From Clostridium sp. UBA4548 (lineage in GTDB: Bacteria; Bacillota; Clostridia; Clostridiales; Clostridiaceae): a stretch of DNA of 64,000 nt. Where the stretch lies: contig NZ_DGLI01000002.1 of assembly GCF_002387895.1 (NCBI RefSeq), forward strand, positions 21,345-85,344, given 5' to 3'. The notes beneath the pieces are model-generated. The model made no database searches. It was not told the origin of the DNA and saw nothing but the letters and a program-made list of their open reading frames with translations. Made by a program: the position numbers and the translations under genes. Of the stretch, positions 20,101-32,818 are shown in pieces; position 1 is the first letter of the stretch; the number at the start of each line of letters is the position of its first letter.

Positions 20101-21939
20101 TTGTCAATAAAAACTATAAATATTAAGGTAGGAAATATGGTCTGTACTTCCTGCGAAGCCTTAATCACAGATGGAATCAAAGAATTATCAGGAGTTTTAG
20201 AAGTTAAAGCCAGCTACAAAAAGTCTTCGGTATTTGTTAGGTTTGATGATTCAATGTGCTCTTATGCTAAAATATGCTCTGCCATTGAAAAAGCTGGTTA
20301 TTCTATTGAAACTGAATCAACAAAAGATATTAAATCAAAAGATAAATCTTCAGAGTACTTATCAATCATCGGGGTTATTTTAATTGCTTTTATAATCATA
20401 AGGCTTAGTCAAAACTCAGGGGCTTTTGATATGAGTTCTAAATTGGGTGAAAACACAACCTACTTCATGTTATTTGTTGTAGGACTACTCACCTCACTAC
20501 ATTGCGTAGGTATGTGCGGAGGTATAATGATGTCTCAAAGCATAACTACCATTGCTAAGAGCAAAGCCGCCTCTCTGAAACCTTCTTTATTGTATAACTT
20601 AGGTAGGGTTGTTTCCTACACTATTTTAGGTGGTATAGTTGGAGCTTTAGGTTCTGTATTTTCTCTAACTCTGACTACTCAAGCCTCTATTGCAATAATA
20701 GCTGGTATCTTTATGGTTATTATGGGCTTTAATATGGCTGGTTTTTCTACCTTCAGGGGCCTTGCACTTAAACTACCTTGGTCAAAATGTAATAATAAAA
20801 AGAATAGTTCTACTCCTTTTGTAGTAGGCTTACTTAATGGTTTCATGCCCTGTGGACCCCTTCAAACCATGCAACTTTATGCTCTAGCAACTGGAAGTGC
20901 TGTTAAAGGTGCCCTATCTATGTTTATCTTCGCTGTAGGAACTGTACCTTTAATGCTTGGTTTTGGATTAATGGCCAACTTAATGAATGGAAATAACACA
21001 AAAAAATTAATGAAACTTAGTGGAATAATAGTGGTTGTGCTTGGAATTATTATGTCTAATCGTGGGCTTACGCTTTTAGGAATAAACCTTTCACCTATGG
21101 CCCTTTTAAGTTCAAAAACTACTTCAGCAAATGTTCAAATTACAGAGGAAAATAAGGCTAAGTTATCAAACGGAGTTCAAGAAATCCGAATAACTGCTGA
21201 TGCTAGGGGATATAGTCCTAGTGTAGTATTTGTTCAAAAAGGGGTTCCAACAAAACTTATAGTAGATGGAAAAACCATAACCTCTTGTAACAATGAAATT
21301 GTAATTCCATCCATGAATAAAAGACAAAAACTTTCCAAAGGAGAAACTGTTATTGAGTTTACTCCTGGTAATGAAGATATAAATTATAGCTGTTGGATGG
21401 GTATGTTAAGAGGTTTAATAAAAGTTGTTGATAATTTAGATAATATAAGTCAGTCTGATATATCTGACGCTCAAAACTCAGCACCTGCTTCTGGTGCTGG
21501 CGGTTGCTGTGGCGGTGTTGGTGATGCTGCAGCAGTTGAAGAACCTACTATTTACGGTGAAAAAATTTCTCAAGTCCCAACAGAAAGACTTATTAAAAAA
21601 GCTAAAATCACAGGAAATACTCAAAACTTAACTATTACAGGCTCTGGAATAGATTTTGAACCGCTGATAGTAGTTTTAAACAAAGGTATTAACACAAAGC
21701 TTAATTTTGATTTAAGCAAGATGTCTGCCCCTGATGGTGAATATATTATTTTAGATATTAACTATAATAAAGTAGATTCTTTCACAATAACTAACTCTAA
21801 AGGACAGTTTGAAAAACTATACGAAAACCCTGGAACCTACTTAGTTTTAAATAAGGATCAAACTGTACTTTCTTTTGAAATAGTTGATGATATAAACACT
21901 GTGGACTTAGATAAGCTTAGAAGTGAATATATCTACTAA
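20101..21939 (+). CDS. HMA + TauE/DsbD-like membrane domain + cupredoxin-like fusion (heavy-metal associated)
   Basis: MVCTSC HMA motif; HCVGMCG and PCGP in the TM region; C-terminal CNNE...YSCWMGM and GGCCGG. Confidence 0.85.
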   Translation: MSIKTINIKVGNMVCTSCEALITDGIKELSGVLEVKASYKKSSVFVRFDDSMCSYAKICSAIEKAGYSIETESTKDIKSKDKSSEYLSIIGVILIAFIIIRLSQNSGAFDMSSKLGENTTYFMLFVVGLLTSLHCVGMCGGIMMSQSITTIAKSKAASLKPSLLYNLGRVVSYTILGGIVGALGSVFSLTLTTQASIAIIAGIFMVIMGFNMAGFSTFRGLALKLPWSKCNNKKNSSTPFVVGLLNGFMPCGPLQTMQLYALATGSAVKGALSMFIFAVGTVPLMLGFGLMANLMNGNNTKKLMKLSGIIVVVLGIIMSNRGLTLLGINLSPMALLSSKTTSANVQITEENKAKLSNGVQEIRITADARGYSPSVVFVQKGVPTKLIVDGKTITSCNNEIVIPSMNKRQKLSKGETVIEFTPGNEDINYSCWMGMLRGLIKVVDNLDNISQSDISDAQNSAPASGAGGCCGGVGDAAAVEEPTIYGEKISQVPTERLIKKAKITGNTQNLTITGSGIDFEPLIVVLNKGINTKLNFDLSKMSAPDGEYIILDINYNKVDSFTITNSKGQFEKLYENPGTYLVLNKDQTVLSFEIVDDINTVDLDKLRSEYIY

Positions 21940-21956
21940 TTTTATATCTATTTAAC

Positions 21957-22059
21957 AAAAGCGTTCAGGATAAAATTTCATCTTATTCATCTTCAAAGAC
22001 CTTAAAGGAAATAAGATAAGAGTAATGTATAAGCTAAATCTTGATTTTATTTCCCTATA
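21957..22059 (-). repeat. ~100-bp two-hairpin dispersed repeat, family 2
   Basis: Reverse complement TATAGGGAAATAAAA...TTAGCTTATACA...TTATTTCCTTTAAGGTCTTTGAAGATGAATAAG. Confidence 0.6.
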
Positions 22060-22066
22060 AATAGGG

Positions 22067-22100
22067 AAAACACTGTGAACGAAAATCACAGTGTTTTTTT
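22067..22100. terminator. Bidirectional terminator between the HMA fusion gene and rho
   Basis: AAAACACTGTGA/TCACAGTGTTTT inverted repeat. Confidence 0.8.
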
Positions 22101-22118
22101 ATTTCAATTATAGATTTT

Positions 22119-22220
22119 ATATATTGGCTTAAAGATGAAACAATATTTGCTTTTTCACAAACGCTTAAAGGAACTAAAGTAGTTCCTTATGCAAGTTAAA
22201 ACCAACTTTAGTTCCATATA
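22119..22220 (-). repeat. ~100-bp two-hairpin dispersed repeat, family 2
   Basis: Reverse complement TATATGGAACTAAAGT...ACTTTAGTTCCTTTAAGCGTTTGTGAA...TTTAAGCCAATATA. Confidence 0.6.
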
Positions 22221-22231
22221 ATTAAATTACT

Positions 22232-23734
22232 TTATTTAAGTAGTTCTGGGCTCTTACTGAGAATCTCAAAGAACTCCTTATTAGTCCTAGTTTTTGACAG
22301 TACATTTAATAACTTTTCTGTTACTGCAGCAGTATTACCTTCATTATACATAAGCTTTCTTATATTGTAAGTAACCTCTAACTCTGTCTTGTTAAGTAAC
22401 AAATCTTCTCTACGAGTTCCAGATTTATAGATATCTATAGCTGGGAATATTCTTCTTTCTTGAAGAATTCTATCAAGATGTACCTCCATATTACCAGTAC
22501 CTTTAAATTCCTCAAATATCATATCATCCATTCTACTTCCTGTTTCAACTAAAGCAGTAGCAAGAATTGTTAAACTTCCACCCTCTTCTACATTTCTAGC
22601 TGCTCCAAAAAACTTTTTAGGCATAAGTAATGCACCAGTATCCAAACCTCCTGATAAGGTCCTTCCAGTTCTAGTAATGGTTAAGTTATAAGCCCTTGCA
22701 AGTCTTGTTATACTATCTAACAATATAACCACATCTTGACCTTGTTCTACACATCTTTTAGCTCTTTCTAAGACCATGTAAGCAACCTTAGCATGATGTT
22801 CTGGCTCTTCATCAAAAGTAGAATAAATAACATCTCCATCTATGGACCTTTGCATATCAGTAACTTCTTCTGGTCTTTCATCGATTAAAAGCACAATTAA
22901 TTTAATATCTGGATTGTTCTTAGTTATGCTTTGTGCAATTTTCTTTAAAATACTAGTTTTACCTGCTTTAGGTGGTGCTACAATAACACCTCTTTGTCCT
23001 TTTCCAATAGGTGAAATAATATCCATTAGCCTTGAAGATAGGTCTTCTGGACTAGTTTCAAGTTTTATCTTTTCCTCAGGATATATAGGGGTTAGCTTCT
23101 CAAAAGGTACTCTTCTTATAGCCTTCTCAGGATTTTCTCCATTAACCTTTTCCACATATAAAAGAGCCTTATACTTCTCTCCCTCTTTAGGAATTCTAAC
23201 CTTACCTTGAACCTCATCCCCAACCTTCAAATTAAACCTTCTAATTTGGGATAAAGAAACATAAATATCATCATCACCACTTAAATAATTATTGCTTCTT
23301 AAAAGTCCAAAATTGTTGTTATCACTAATTTCTAGAACCCCTTTTCCAGAGTTGGACTCATTAATTAGCACCTTTAACTTTTCTCTTCTTTCCTCGAAAC
23401 TTTCTTCCTTTTCTTCTGGATTACCAGCATCATCAAACTCTTCTTCCTCATTAACTACATCTTCATTTCTATAAATTTCACTAGAACCATTACTAAAATT
23501 CTCTTCTTTATAAACCTTGTCCTTATTCTCCTCCTCAACTTCCTTGGAGCTGATTTTAGGACTAATTTTCTCTCTTAAAATTACCCCAGACTTTTCAATA
23601 GCAGCTGGAGAAATTCTTCTTATTTCTTCAATAAGCTCTGCTTTCTTAAACTTAGCAATATTTTTTATACCAAGATTCTTAGCAATCTCTTTTAGTTCGC
23701 TAAGATTCATACTATCTAACTCTTTATTAGTCAA
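22232..23734 (-). CDS. rho: Transcription termination factor Rho with an acidic N-terminal insertion
   Basis: [26 protein letters not shown] and [10 protein letters not shown] motifs; TTG start after GGAGGTG. Confidence 0.97.
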   Translation of the reverse strand: MTNKELDSMNLSELKEIAKNLGIKNIAKFKKAELIEEIRRISPAAIEKSGVILREKISPKISSKEVEEENKDKVYKEENFSNGSSEIYRNEDVVNEEEEFDDAGNPEEKEESFEERREKLKVLINESNSGKGVLEISDNNNFGLLRSNNYLSGDDDIYVSLSQIRRFNLKVGDEVQGKVRIPKEGEKYKALLYVEKVNGENPEKAIRRVPFEKLTPIYPEEKIKLETSPEDLSSRLMDIISPIGKGQRGVIVAPPKAGKTSILKKIAQSITKNNPDIKLIVLLIDERPEEVTDMQRSIDGDVIYSTFDEEPEHHAKVAYMVLERAKRCVEQGQDVVILLDSITRLARAYNLTITRTGRTLSGGLDTGALLMPKKFFGAARNVEEGGSLTILATALVETGSRMDDMIFEEFKGTGNMEVHLDRILQERRIFPAIDIYKSGTRREDLLLNKTELEVTYNIRKLMYNEGNTAAVTEKLLNVLSKTRTNKEFFEILSKSPELLK

Positions 23735-24045
23735 GTATATTACACCTCCGAATACCTCAAATACCATGTATAACTAATTATTTACTTATAGACTTTTGGG
23801 AATTTATTTAAAATTGTATTTACAATTGGAAACTATTTAAAATGTGCATAAATAAATTATTACCATAATTTCTTATATTAACCACTAATAATTATTTAAA
23901 ATGAAGAATTCACAAAAGAAAGTTAAAAAAACTAGAAGAAATTCTTAATTATTTTATATATACAAATATACACCAAATGAAATTAAAAAACTAGTAAGTT
24001 TTAATATTATTGTACTATCTTTCAATAATATTAAAACTTATCTAG

Positions 24046-24158
24046 TTAGAAGCTTTCATAGACAAAGATTAATTTATTCATCTTTGCCTATAGAAGGCTT
24101 AAGGAAATCAATTTAGGTTCTATGTGCAAGTTTAGTCTTGAGTTTCTTTCCCAATATA
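24046..24158 (-). repeat. ~110-bp two-hairpin dispersed repeat, family 2 (degenerate)
   Basis: Reverse complement TATTGGGAAAGAAAC...TTGATTTCCTTAAGCCTTCTATAGGCAAAGATGAATAA...CTTTGTCTATGAAAGCTT. Confidence 0.5.
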
Positions 24159-24163
24159 TAAAT

Positions 24164-25534
24164 CTACTTAGGCAAGCTAATAGTAAACTCTGACCCTTTA
24201 TTTATTATACTTTTTACTTCAACTCTTCCATCATGGGCTTCAATTATAGATTTAGTTATGGCAAGCCCAATTCCAGAGCCTCCAGTAGCTCTAGTTCTTG
24301 ATTCATCAACTCTATAAAACCTTTCAAAAATAAAGGGTAAATGTTCTCTATCAATTCCTATTCCCGTATCTTTTATTTTTATAATTATCTTATCTTTTTC
24401 CTCACCAACATTTATATAAATATGCCCTCCTTGAAGAGTGTATTTTTCTCCGTTAGATAGAATATTAATTATAGCTTGGCTAAGCTTATCCTTATCTCCT
24501 TGAAGAAAAACATCTTTACTTTCATAATGAAGAATTATATCTTTATCCAGAAACTTCTTTTCAAAATTGCTCAATATATTAGAAATTAAATTCCCTATAT
24601 TAATATTACTTTTGTTAAGAACCACTTGCTCCTCTTCAGTTTTAGCTAGGTTTTCCAAATCTCCTACTAACCTGTATAATCTGGACACTTCTTCATTACA
24701 GCTTTGTAATCTTTCCTCCGTTGGCTCCCAAATACCATCTATCATACCTTCTAAATTTCCCTGCAGAGTAGTAAGTGGGGTTCTTAACTCGTGAGATATA
24801 TCCTTTGTGAGCACCTTACGAAGTTGCTCTTGCTTTCTTAAGGAGGAAGATAAATTATTTACCGCTTCCACAAGAGTATTCATCTCTGAAATGTTAGAGT
24901 CATTACTTATCATATTATAGTTTCCCTTTGAAATCATTGAGGTAGAAGTAACTACCTTAGAAATCATATTGCTTAGCTTTGTAGAAATAAATAACCCAAC
25001 AGCTATAGATAATATTAAAGCAAAAATAGCTACAAAAACCATAGCATTTCTCAAGCTATTTAAATATACTAAGTCATTATCCCTATAATAAAAGGGCCCA
25101 TAATAACTTATATTCACTATGCCCTGCTTCTCATTATTTATAATAAGTTCAAAGGTTTTTGTTACATATTTTATAGGTGCCTTCGAGTTCTTTCTAGTAT
25201 TATTACTTACATTTTGCAATATGTTTTGGCACATGCCATGATTAAACTCCATTGCGTCCCATATTACCTCATTATTATTGTCCACAACTTCTAGTATAAG
25301 CCCATTATTCATAGCATCTATTCCTATATTCTCCATAGCATACAAGTTCCAACCATCACTTTTATATTGCTTCTCTATAGATTGAACAATGCCCTTAGTC
25401 TTATCTTCTATATTCTTTTGAATTAACTTCTTATAATTACTTTCTAATAAATTCATTGAGAGTATTCCAACTAAAATAATGCTTATTAAAGATACTATTA
25501 CATTGGAGATTATTAATTTGCTTCTCAGCCTCAT
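24164..25534 (-). CDS. Sensor histidine kinase (HAMP, HisKA and HATPase domains; BaeS-like)
   Basis: ISHELRTPL H-box, DTGIG and GGSGIGL G-boxes, two TM helices. Confidence 0.93.
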   Translation of the reverse strand: MRLRSKLIISNVIVSLISIILVGILSMNLLESNYKKLIQKNIEDKTKGIVQSIEKQYKSDGWNLYAMENIGIDAMNNGLILEVVDNNNEVIWDAMEFNHGMCQNILQNVSNNTRKNSKAPIKYVTKTFELIINNEKQGIVNISYYGPFYYRDNDLVYLNSLRNAMVFVAIFALILSIAVGLFISTKLSNMISKVVTSTSMISKGNYNMISNDSNISEMNTLVEAVNNLSSSLRKQEQLRKVLTKDISHELRTPLTTLQGNLEGMIDGIWEPTEERLQSCNEEVSRLYRLVGDLENLAKTEEEQVVLNKSNINIGNLISNILSNFEKKFLDKDIILHYESKDVFLQGDKDKLSQAIINILSNGEKYTLQGGHIYINVGEEKDKIIIKIKDTGIGIDREHLPFIFERFYRVDESRTRATGGSGIGLAITKSIIEAHDGRVEVKSIINKGSEFTISLPK

Positions 25535-25536
25535 AA

Positions 25537-26229
25537 CTATGCTTCACCACCAAATTTATATCCAAATCCATGGACGGTCAAAATGTATCTAGGCTTTCTA
25601 GTGTTATCTTCTACTTTTTGTCTTAAATTTTTAATATGGGAATCAATAGTTCTATCAAAGCCTTCAAAATCATCACCTAGCACATAGCTAATTAAATCCT
25701 CTCTGCTAAATACTCTTTTAGGATTCTTAGCAAGGAGTGTCAATAACTTAAACTCTGTGGCGGTCAAACTTATTAGGTTGTCACCCTTTCTTACTTCTAA
25801 GTTATTTAAATCTATAAAAAGCTCATTGTTATAGGACAAAATATTCTCAGTTGAAAACTTGCTTTCATACCTTCTTATAAGTGCATTTACTCTTGCTACC
25901 AGTTGCTTAGGACTAAAAGGCTTAGTAACATAATCATCACTACCAATACTTAGTCCATTAATAATACTTGCCTCATCCACTTTTGCAGTGAGCATGATGA
26001 TTGGGATGTCTGATTTTTTTCTAATAAGTTTACAAATCTCTTCCCCAGTGATATCTGGTAGCATTAAATCTAGTATTGCTAAAGAAAACTCTTCCTGAGA
26101 AAAAAACTTCATTGCCTCCTTACCATTAGTAGCAGTAATAACCTCGTAACCTTCACGCTGTAAATAAGCCTTAATTATTTCTAAAATTTTAACTTCATCT
26201 TCTACAGCTAAAATTTTTATCTTCCTCAT
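25537..26229 (-). CDS. OmpR-family response regulator
   Basis: VEDE, LDLMLP and KPF receiver motifs; winged-helix DRTIDSHIKNLR. Confidence 0.95.
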   Translation of the reverse strand: MRKIKILAVEDEVKILEIIKAYLQREGYEVITATNGKEAMKFFSQEEFSLAILDLMLPDITGEEICKLIRKKSDIPIIMLTAKVDEASIINGLSIGSDDYVTKPFSPKQLVARVNALIRRYESKFSTENILSYNNELFIDLNNLEVRKGDNLISLTATEFKLLTLLAKNPKRVFSREDLISYVLGDDFEGFDRTIDSHIKNLRQKVEDNTRKPRYILTVHGFGYKFGGEA

Positions 26230-26720
26230 AAATCATCAATTCTCCCTTTCCTAAATTAATAATCGGATTCATAACTTTAATAAGCTTAGGAAGTTGTACG
26301 TTGCTCAAAAGTAAAATTATTTTAACTTCCTAGTATTCTACTTATATATAACTATAAACTTATGATTTTCTTAAAGTATCCCTGTGAAAATCCTACTTGG
26401 TAAAAGACAAATTTAAACTCACAAACCCGCATAAACACTATATTTTCTTATCTTTTTATATTCTTTTCTCGTTATATTCTCATGGTCTTATCTTCTGGAC
26501 CTAAGCCAGCATAACCCTGCATCCATTAAGTTATACTAACACTATTATTGTAGTTATATACATAAGCCATCTTCTAGTTAAAAGTAACCCTTCATATTGC
26601 TTAGTAATTGAGCGTATACCTTAGGTAACCCTAATATTATCATAAGTTTATGGATATTATATGTAAACTACTAGTTCTATGAAAATCTAGTTATCTATTT
26701 ATAAAATAAACTTTCAAAAC

Positions 26721-26779
26721 AAAAACCTAAGATTAAAGAATAGGAAATATATTTCTCTCTTCTTTAACCTTAGGTTTTT
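26721..26779 (-). terminator. pyrG terminator
   Basis: AAAAACCTAAG.TTAAAGAA/TTCTTTAA.CTTAGGTTTTT inverted repeat immediately after the stop. Confidence 0.7.
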
Positions 26780-26784
26780 AAGCT

Positions 26785-28449
<1,665 letters not shown>

Positions 28450-28570
28450 CTACTATAATAGAAATTACCCTATAAAGTAAAATGGTATATTTATATTTAA
28501 AAACAAGTACTATAGTATCATATATTTTATTTTTATGCTACTATTTTTTGTTTTTATTTTTTTGTATTTT

Positions 28571-28599
28571 AAAGGAGCTGCAAATTTTGCAGCTCCTTT
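28571..28599. terminator. Terminator-like hairpin between the sigma-54 activator gene and pyrG
   Basis: AAAGGAGCTGCAAA/TTTGCAGCTCCTTT perfect inverted repeat. Confidence 0.7.
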
Positions 28600-28829
28600 C
28601 CTATGAAATTTAACTTGAGTATTGAACAATTTCATTTTATTTTAAGGTTCTAAGATATCCTTTTTTTATTTCTTCTCAAAAACTCTATACAAACGTCCTT
28701 CTAAAATGCAATTAAATTTTTATGTGTAAATTGCAATATTATTGCTACATTACTCAACAAATCAAAGCAACCTATATGAAAGAGAGTGCAAAAATAGGTT
28801 TATTGGTAGTGTAGTCTCTTTATTGTATT

Positions 28830-29753
28830 CTATATATTATACTTCTTCATTTTATACTGAAGAGTTTGTCTTGGTATATCTAAAAATTTTGCAGCCTTTG
28901 AAATATTATAATCAGCTAATATAACAGCTTCTTTAATATACTTTTTTTCATAGTATTCTAACTTGTCCTTTAAGGACCAATCTGCAAATGCTTTAACTTT
29001 TTCTCGTAGATACAAATCCTTCAGTTCTATAACTCCTTGACTTCTTATATTGAAAGCACCTTCTATGATGTGCTCTAGCTCTCTAATGTTTCCCTCATAA
29101 TCATGTTTCACCAACCCCTGTAAAGCCTCTGTTGAAATCCCTGTAATAGCCTTGTTAAATCTCTCGTTAAATTTTTCAACAAAGCATTTAACTAATAAAG
29201 GGATATCTTCCTTTCTATCATTAAGATTAGGAAGGTTAATCCTTATTACATTAAGCCTATAATACAAATCCTTTCGCAACCTACCTTGTTCCACAAGGTC
29301 TTCTGGATTCTCATTTAAAGATGCAATAATCCTCACATCTACCTTTTTACTAGCAGCGTCTCCCACCCTTCTAACTTCCCCATCCTGAAGCACCCTAAGC
29401 AGCTTACCTTGAAAGTTAATTGGCATGGAATTAAGTTCATCTAAATATAAGGTACCTCGGTGAGCCAGTTCAAATAAGCCAACTTGAGATTCAGCACCAG
29501 TAAAGCTCCCCTTTGATGTTCCAAAAAATATGCTCTCCAAGAGATTTTCTGGAATAGCCGCACAATTTTGTGGTATGAAATTCCTATTCCTTCTCACGGA
29601 TGCCTCATGTATAGCTTGAACTATAAGTTCCTTCCCCGTTCCTGTGTCTCCATATATAAGCACCGATGAGCCAGTATTTGAAGCCTTCTCCCCTAACTCC
29701 TTAACCCTTCTTATATTTTCACTTTCCCCAACAATATCCTCAAAGGTATACAT
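28830..29753 (-). CDS. Sigma-54-dependent enhancer-binding protein (RocR-like AAA+ and Fis HTH) without a sensory domain
   Basis: GDTGTGKE Walker A, GSFTGA, LYLDE, DLYYRLN and a C-terminal HTH. Confidence 0.88.
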   Translation of the reverse strand: MYTFEDIVGESENIRRVKELGEKASNTGSSVLIYGDTGTGKELIVQAIHEASVRRNRNFIPQNCAAIPENLLESIFFGTSKGSFTGAESQVGLFELAHRGTLYLDELNSMPINFQGKLLRVLQDGEVRRVGDAASKKVDVRIIASLNENPEDLVEQGRLRKDLYYRLNVIRINLPNLNDRKEDIPLLVKCFVEKFNERFNKAITGISTEALQGLVKHDYEGNIRELEHIIEGAFNIRSQGVIELKDLYLREKVKAFADWSLKDKLEYYEKKYIKEAVILADYNISKAAKFLDIPRQTLQYKMKKYNI

Positions 29754-29924
29754 AAAATTCCCCCAAAATTTAAAATATTAACCTTTCTAAACTCTTAAAT
29801 TACAAGATTCAGAATAAAAATGCCTAATAATTTACCCCTATACTTTTAAAATATAGGGGCTTGTTATAAGGTTAAAAATTAATAATATATTTTGCAAAGT
29901 AGCTCCACAAGATGAACTTGCTTT

Positions 29925-30341
29925 CTATTTAACTTCTATATTTGCTATAAGTTTTGTGTTAATACTATGTTGTCCATCAATAAAAATATCATATTCAAGG
30001 TCTACATTTCCTCTCAGGTCATCAGCTTGAATTTTTATATTTCTTGTTTTAACCTGTAATGCTAATCCACCCTGGGGTGTACTGTATAGAATTGAGGTAC
30101 TATGCCCTCTTTTAAACTCCATCACAGTATTAATTTCCCCTTCACGAATTAAATAAAAAAAATCTTTACCTATCTTAAAAGTAGTGGTTGTATTACCCAT
30201 TCCTGAAAGTTCCGTTTCCTTATAAGTTGCAACGAAAACTTCTTCTTCTTTATAATAATCCCCTAAACTTACTACTTCAATTTTTTCATCTTCTTCATTA
30301 TTTTGAATACTTACCACTTTTATAATTGCATTGTTTTTCAT
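29925..30341 (-). CDS. DUF1934 (YwiB-like) protein
   Basis: Beta-rich 138-aa protein with YKE...TT and YSTPQG patterns recognised from this family. Confidence 0.75.
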   Translation of the reverse strand: MKNNAIIKVVSIQNNEEDEKIEVVSLGDYYKEEEVFVATYKETELSGMGNTTTTFKIGKDFFYLIREGEINTVMEFKRGHSTSILYSTPQGGLALQVKTRNIKIQADDLRGNVDLEYDIFIDGQHSINTKLIANIEVK

Positions 30342-30501
30342 ATATTCTCCTTTAATCTATTGGCCATATATTATGTTATTAATTACAATATAATTTTATC
30401 ATAACTTTTCATATTATATAAGTTACAACCTGTGCTTTACATAATAAAATTTATACAGCCAACCAGGAAATTAAACTCGTCTTCCCGTTTGACTGTATAA
30501 A

Positions 30502-31533
30502 TTACTTATTATTTCTTTCAATAGCTAATTCAATTAGTTCATCGATTAAAGCTGGATAAGCAAGTCCTGTAGCTTCCCACATCTTAGGATACATACTAAT
30601 ACTTGTAAATCCTGGAATTGTATTAACTTCATTTAAGTAAACCTCTTCTGTTTCCTTATCAACTAAGAAATCTACTCTTGCCATTCCTGAACAATCTAAT
30701 TTTTTATAAATTTTAACTGCTAAACCTCTTATTATATCTAGCTTTTCTTCTGATAAAGCCGCAGGAATCAAAAGTTTAGAAGCTGCATTCTGATATTTTG
30801 CTTCGTAGTCATAAAATTCCTTAGCAGGAATGATTTCTCCTGGAATTGATGCCTTAGGGTTATCATTTCCCAGTACTGAAACTTCTATTTCCCTAGCATT
30901 TAGTCCCTCTTCTACTAAGACCTTTCTGTCATGCTCTAATGCTAATTCTAACCCTTTAGCAAGCTCCTCTTCATTATGAGCCTTAGTAATCCCCACAGAA
31001 GAACCACTATTAGCTGGCTTAACAAAGCATGGATAGCCAAGCTTTTCTTCTATTTCCTTAAGGAAAAAGTTCTTATCCCTTCCATAATCAAAGGAAGTAA
31101 CCACCACGTAGCTTGCTTGCTTAATGTTTTCATGTTCTAATAAGTATTTAGTATATATCTTATCCATGCACACTGCAGAACTCATCACAGAAGGACCTAC
31201 ACAGGGTATATTCATAAGCTTACATAACCCTTGAATTGTGCCATCCTCTCCATACATACCATGAAGTACAGGAAATACTACCTCCACCTTTTTATCTACA
31301 AGTATCTCTAAACCATTAGGAACTTTATTGGCGCAATCGTCCTCCCACTTACCATCAGCAATGTTTTTATATTCTCCCTTATAAAGAAACCACTTACCCT
31401 GCTTTGTGATTCCTATAGGATAAATATCATATTTCTCATGATTTATATGGCTTAAAACGGATGTAGCTGACACTCTAGAAACCTCATGCTCTGTAGACTG
31501 TCCTCCAAATAATATAGCTACATTTTTTTTCAT
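30502..31533 (-). CDS. ddl: D-alanine--D-alanine ligase
   Basis: GGQSTEHEVS, HGMYGEDG, GSSVG, FYDYEAKY and NEVNTIPG motifs. Confidence 0.96.
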   Translation of the reverse strand: MKKNVAILFGGQSTEHEVSRVSATSVLSHINHEKYDIYPIGITKQGKWFLYKGEYKNIADGKWEDDCANKVPNGLEILVDKKVEVVFPVLHGMYGEDGTIQGLCKLMNIPCVGPSVMSSAVCMDKIYTKYLLEHENIKQASYVVVTSFDYGRDKNFFLKEIEEKLGYPCFVKPANSGSSVGITKAHNEEELAKGLELALEHDRKVLVEEGLNAREIEVSVLGNDNPKASIPGEIIPAKEFYDYEAKYQNAASKLLIPAALSEEKLDIIRGLAVKIYKKLDCSGMARVDFLVDKETEEVYLNEVNTIPGFTSISMYPKMWEATGLAYPALIDELIELAIERNNK

Positions 31534-31870
31534 AGTTATCTCTCCTAACAATAATTTATATTAACAAGTTATTCAACATACCGTGTCAAGGTGAAACAAA
31601 GTAGTTTTACTACAAAATTATTCTATGCCTATATTCACATTTCTTCAACCTGAAAAGTAAAGTTTTTAACATTTATTTTAAAGTTTTAATTTTACGAAAA
31701 TTAAAGTCAGCAAAAACTATTATTTGCTGACTTTAATTGAAATAAAGATAAGGGAAAGGAGATTATCTTTGGGGGAGGTTCCCTTATCTTTATCTATAAT
31801 CATAACCACAAAGGAAAATCCCCTGAGATTTGATTAGCAATTTATATACAATATTAAAGATTATTTCAAA

Positions 31871-32773
31871 TTACTCAACTAAACTTTTTAATATTTCCCC
31901 TATTTTAAACTTGATTATTACATTGTTATCCTCTGTATTATCTACCATTTTTTCCTTTTCTAAACCTAATATATCCTTGGAATTTGATTTTTCCTCATTA
32001 TTTTTTTTTTTATTATTACTGTTTTTTGCTGCAGTGGTATTTGATTTTTTGCTAGCTGTCTTATTGCTTTCCTTTGAAACCACCTTAGCTTTGCTATTAT
32101 CTACAGTTTTATTATCTTTATTTTTTTCACTTTCTTCACTTGCCTTATTGTTAACCATGTTGTACTCTTCATCATTTAATACTTCTTTCATCTCTTTTTC
32201 TGTTTCCTCATAAGCTACTGCTCCCTTTGTCACATCTACAAAACATATTGGTGGAAACATAACACACCACCAGTTCTTACCTTCTCCACTTCCTATAAGG
32301 ATTCTATAAGCTTCATATTCTCCTTGAGGAAGAGTAATGTTTCCATAGGTCTTAACTGGAAAATACTCTCTTGAAAGAGTTGAATCTACTTCATAACTAT
32401 AACCATTTTCTTCAATAACAGCTTTTGCAATTTTTAATATGTTCCCATTTTCTTTTTTTAGAATTTCCCTTGAGTTGTCAATATCCTTACTTTCTTTTAA
32501 TAATGGTTGTATATATTTTAAAACCTCATCTCTAACTTTCAACTTTAGAGCTTGATCCTTTTCTTCATCACTATTTGCAATTACATGAAATCTAATTAAC
32601 TTTTCCGAAATTTCCTCTACTGTTAAATTTGTTTCTTCTTTAACCTTTAAAGTTTGTGCACTTGCAGTTCCTATTGTTTTAACACTAGAACCTACAGTTC
32701 TAGAACTGTAAAAACCTGTTAGGAATGTTAGTATGACTAACACCATTACTCCCATTGATAATAATTTTTTCAT
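31871..32773 (-). CDS. spoIIR: Stage II sporulation protein R
   Basis: LIRFHVIANSD...DQALKLKVRD and NWWCVMFPPIC motifs; signal peptide. Confidence 0.95.
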   Translation of the reverse strand: MKKLLSMGVMVLVILTFLTGFYSSRTVGSSVKTIGTASAQTLKVKEETNLTVEEISEKLIRFHVIANSDEEKDQALKLKVRDEVLKYIQPLLKESKDIDNSREILKKENGNILKIAKAVIEENGYSYEVDSTLSREYFPVKTYGNITLPQGEYEAYRILIGSGEGKNWWCVMFPPICFVDVTKGAVAYEETEKEMKEVLNDEEYNMVNNKASEESEKNKDNKTVDNSKAKVVSKESNKTASKKSNTTAAKNSNNKKKNNEEKSNSKDILGLEKEKMVDNTEDNNVIIKFKIGEILKSLVE

Positions 32774-32818
32774 AATCTTTCTCCCCCTTAATTCCTTGTT
32801 AACCTCTGTTATATTCTA

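Noticed and set aside
28482..28613. Small hydrophobic plus-strand ORF upstream of pyrG (toxin-like)
   Set aside because: No RBS; the hydrophobicity is explained by T-rich intergenic composition.
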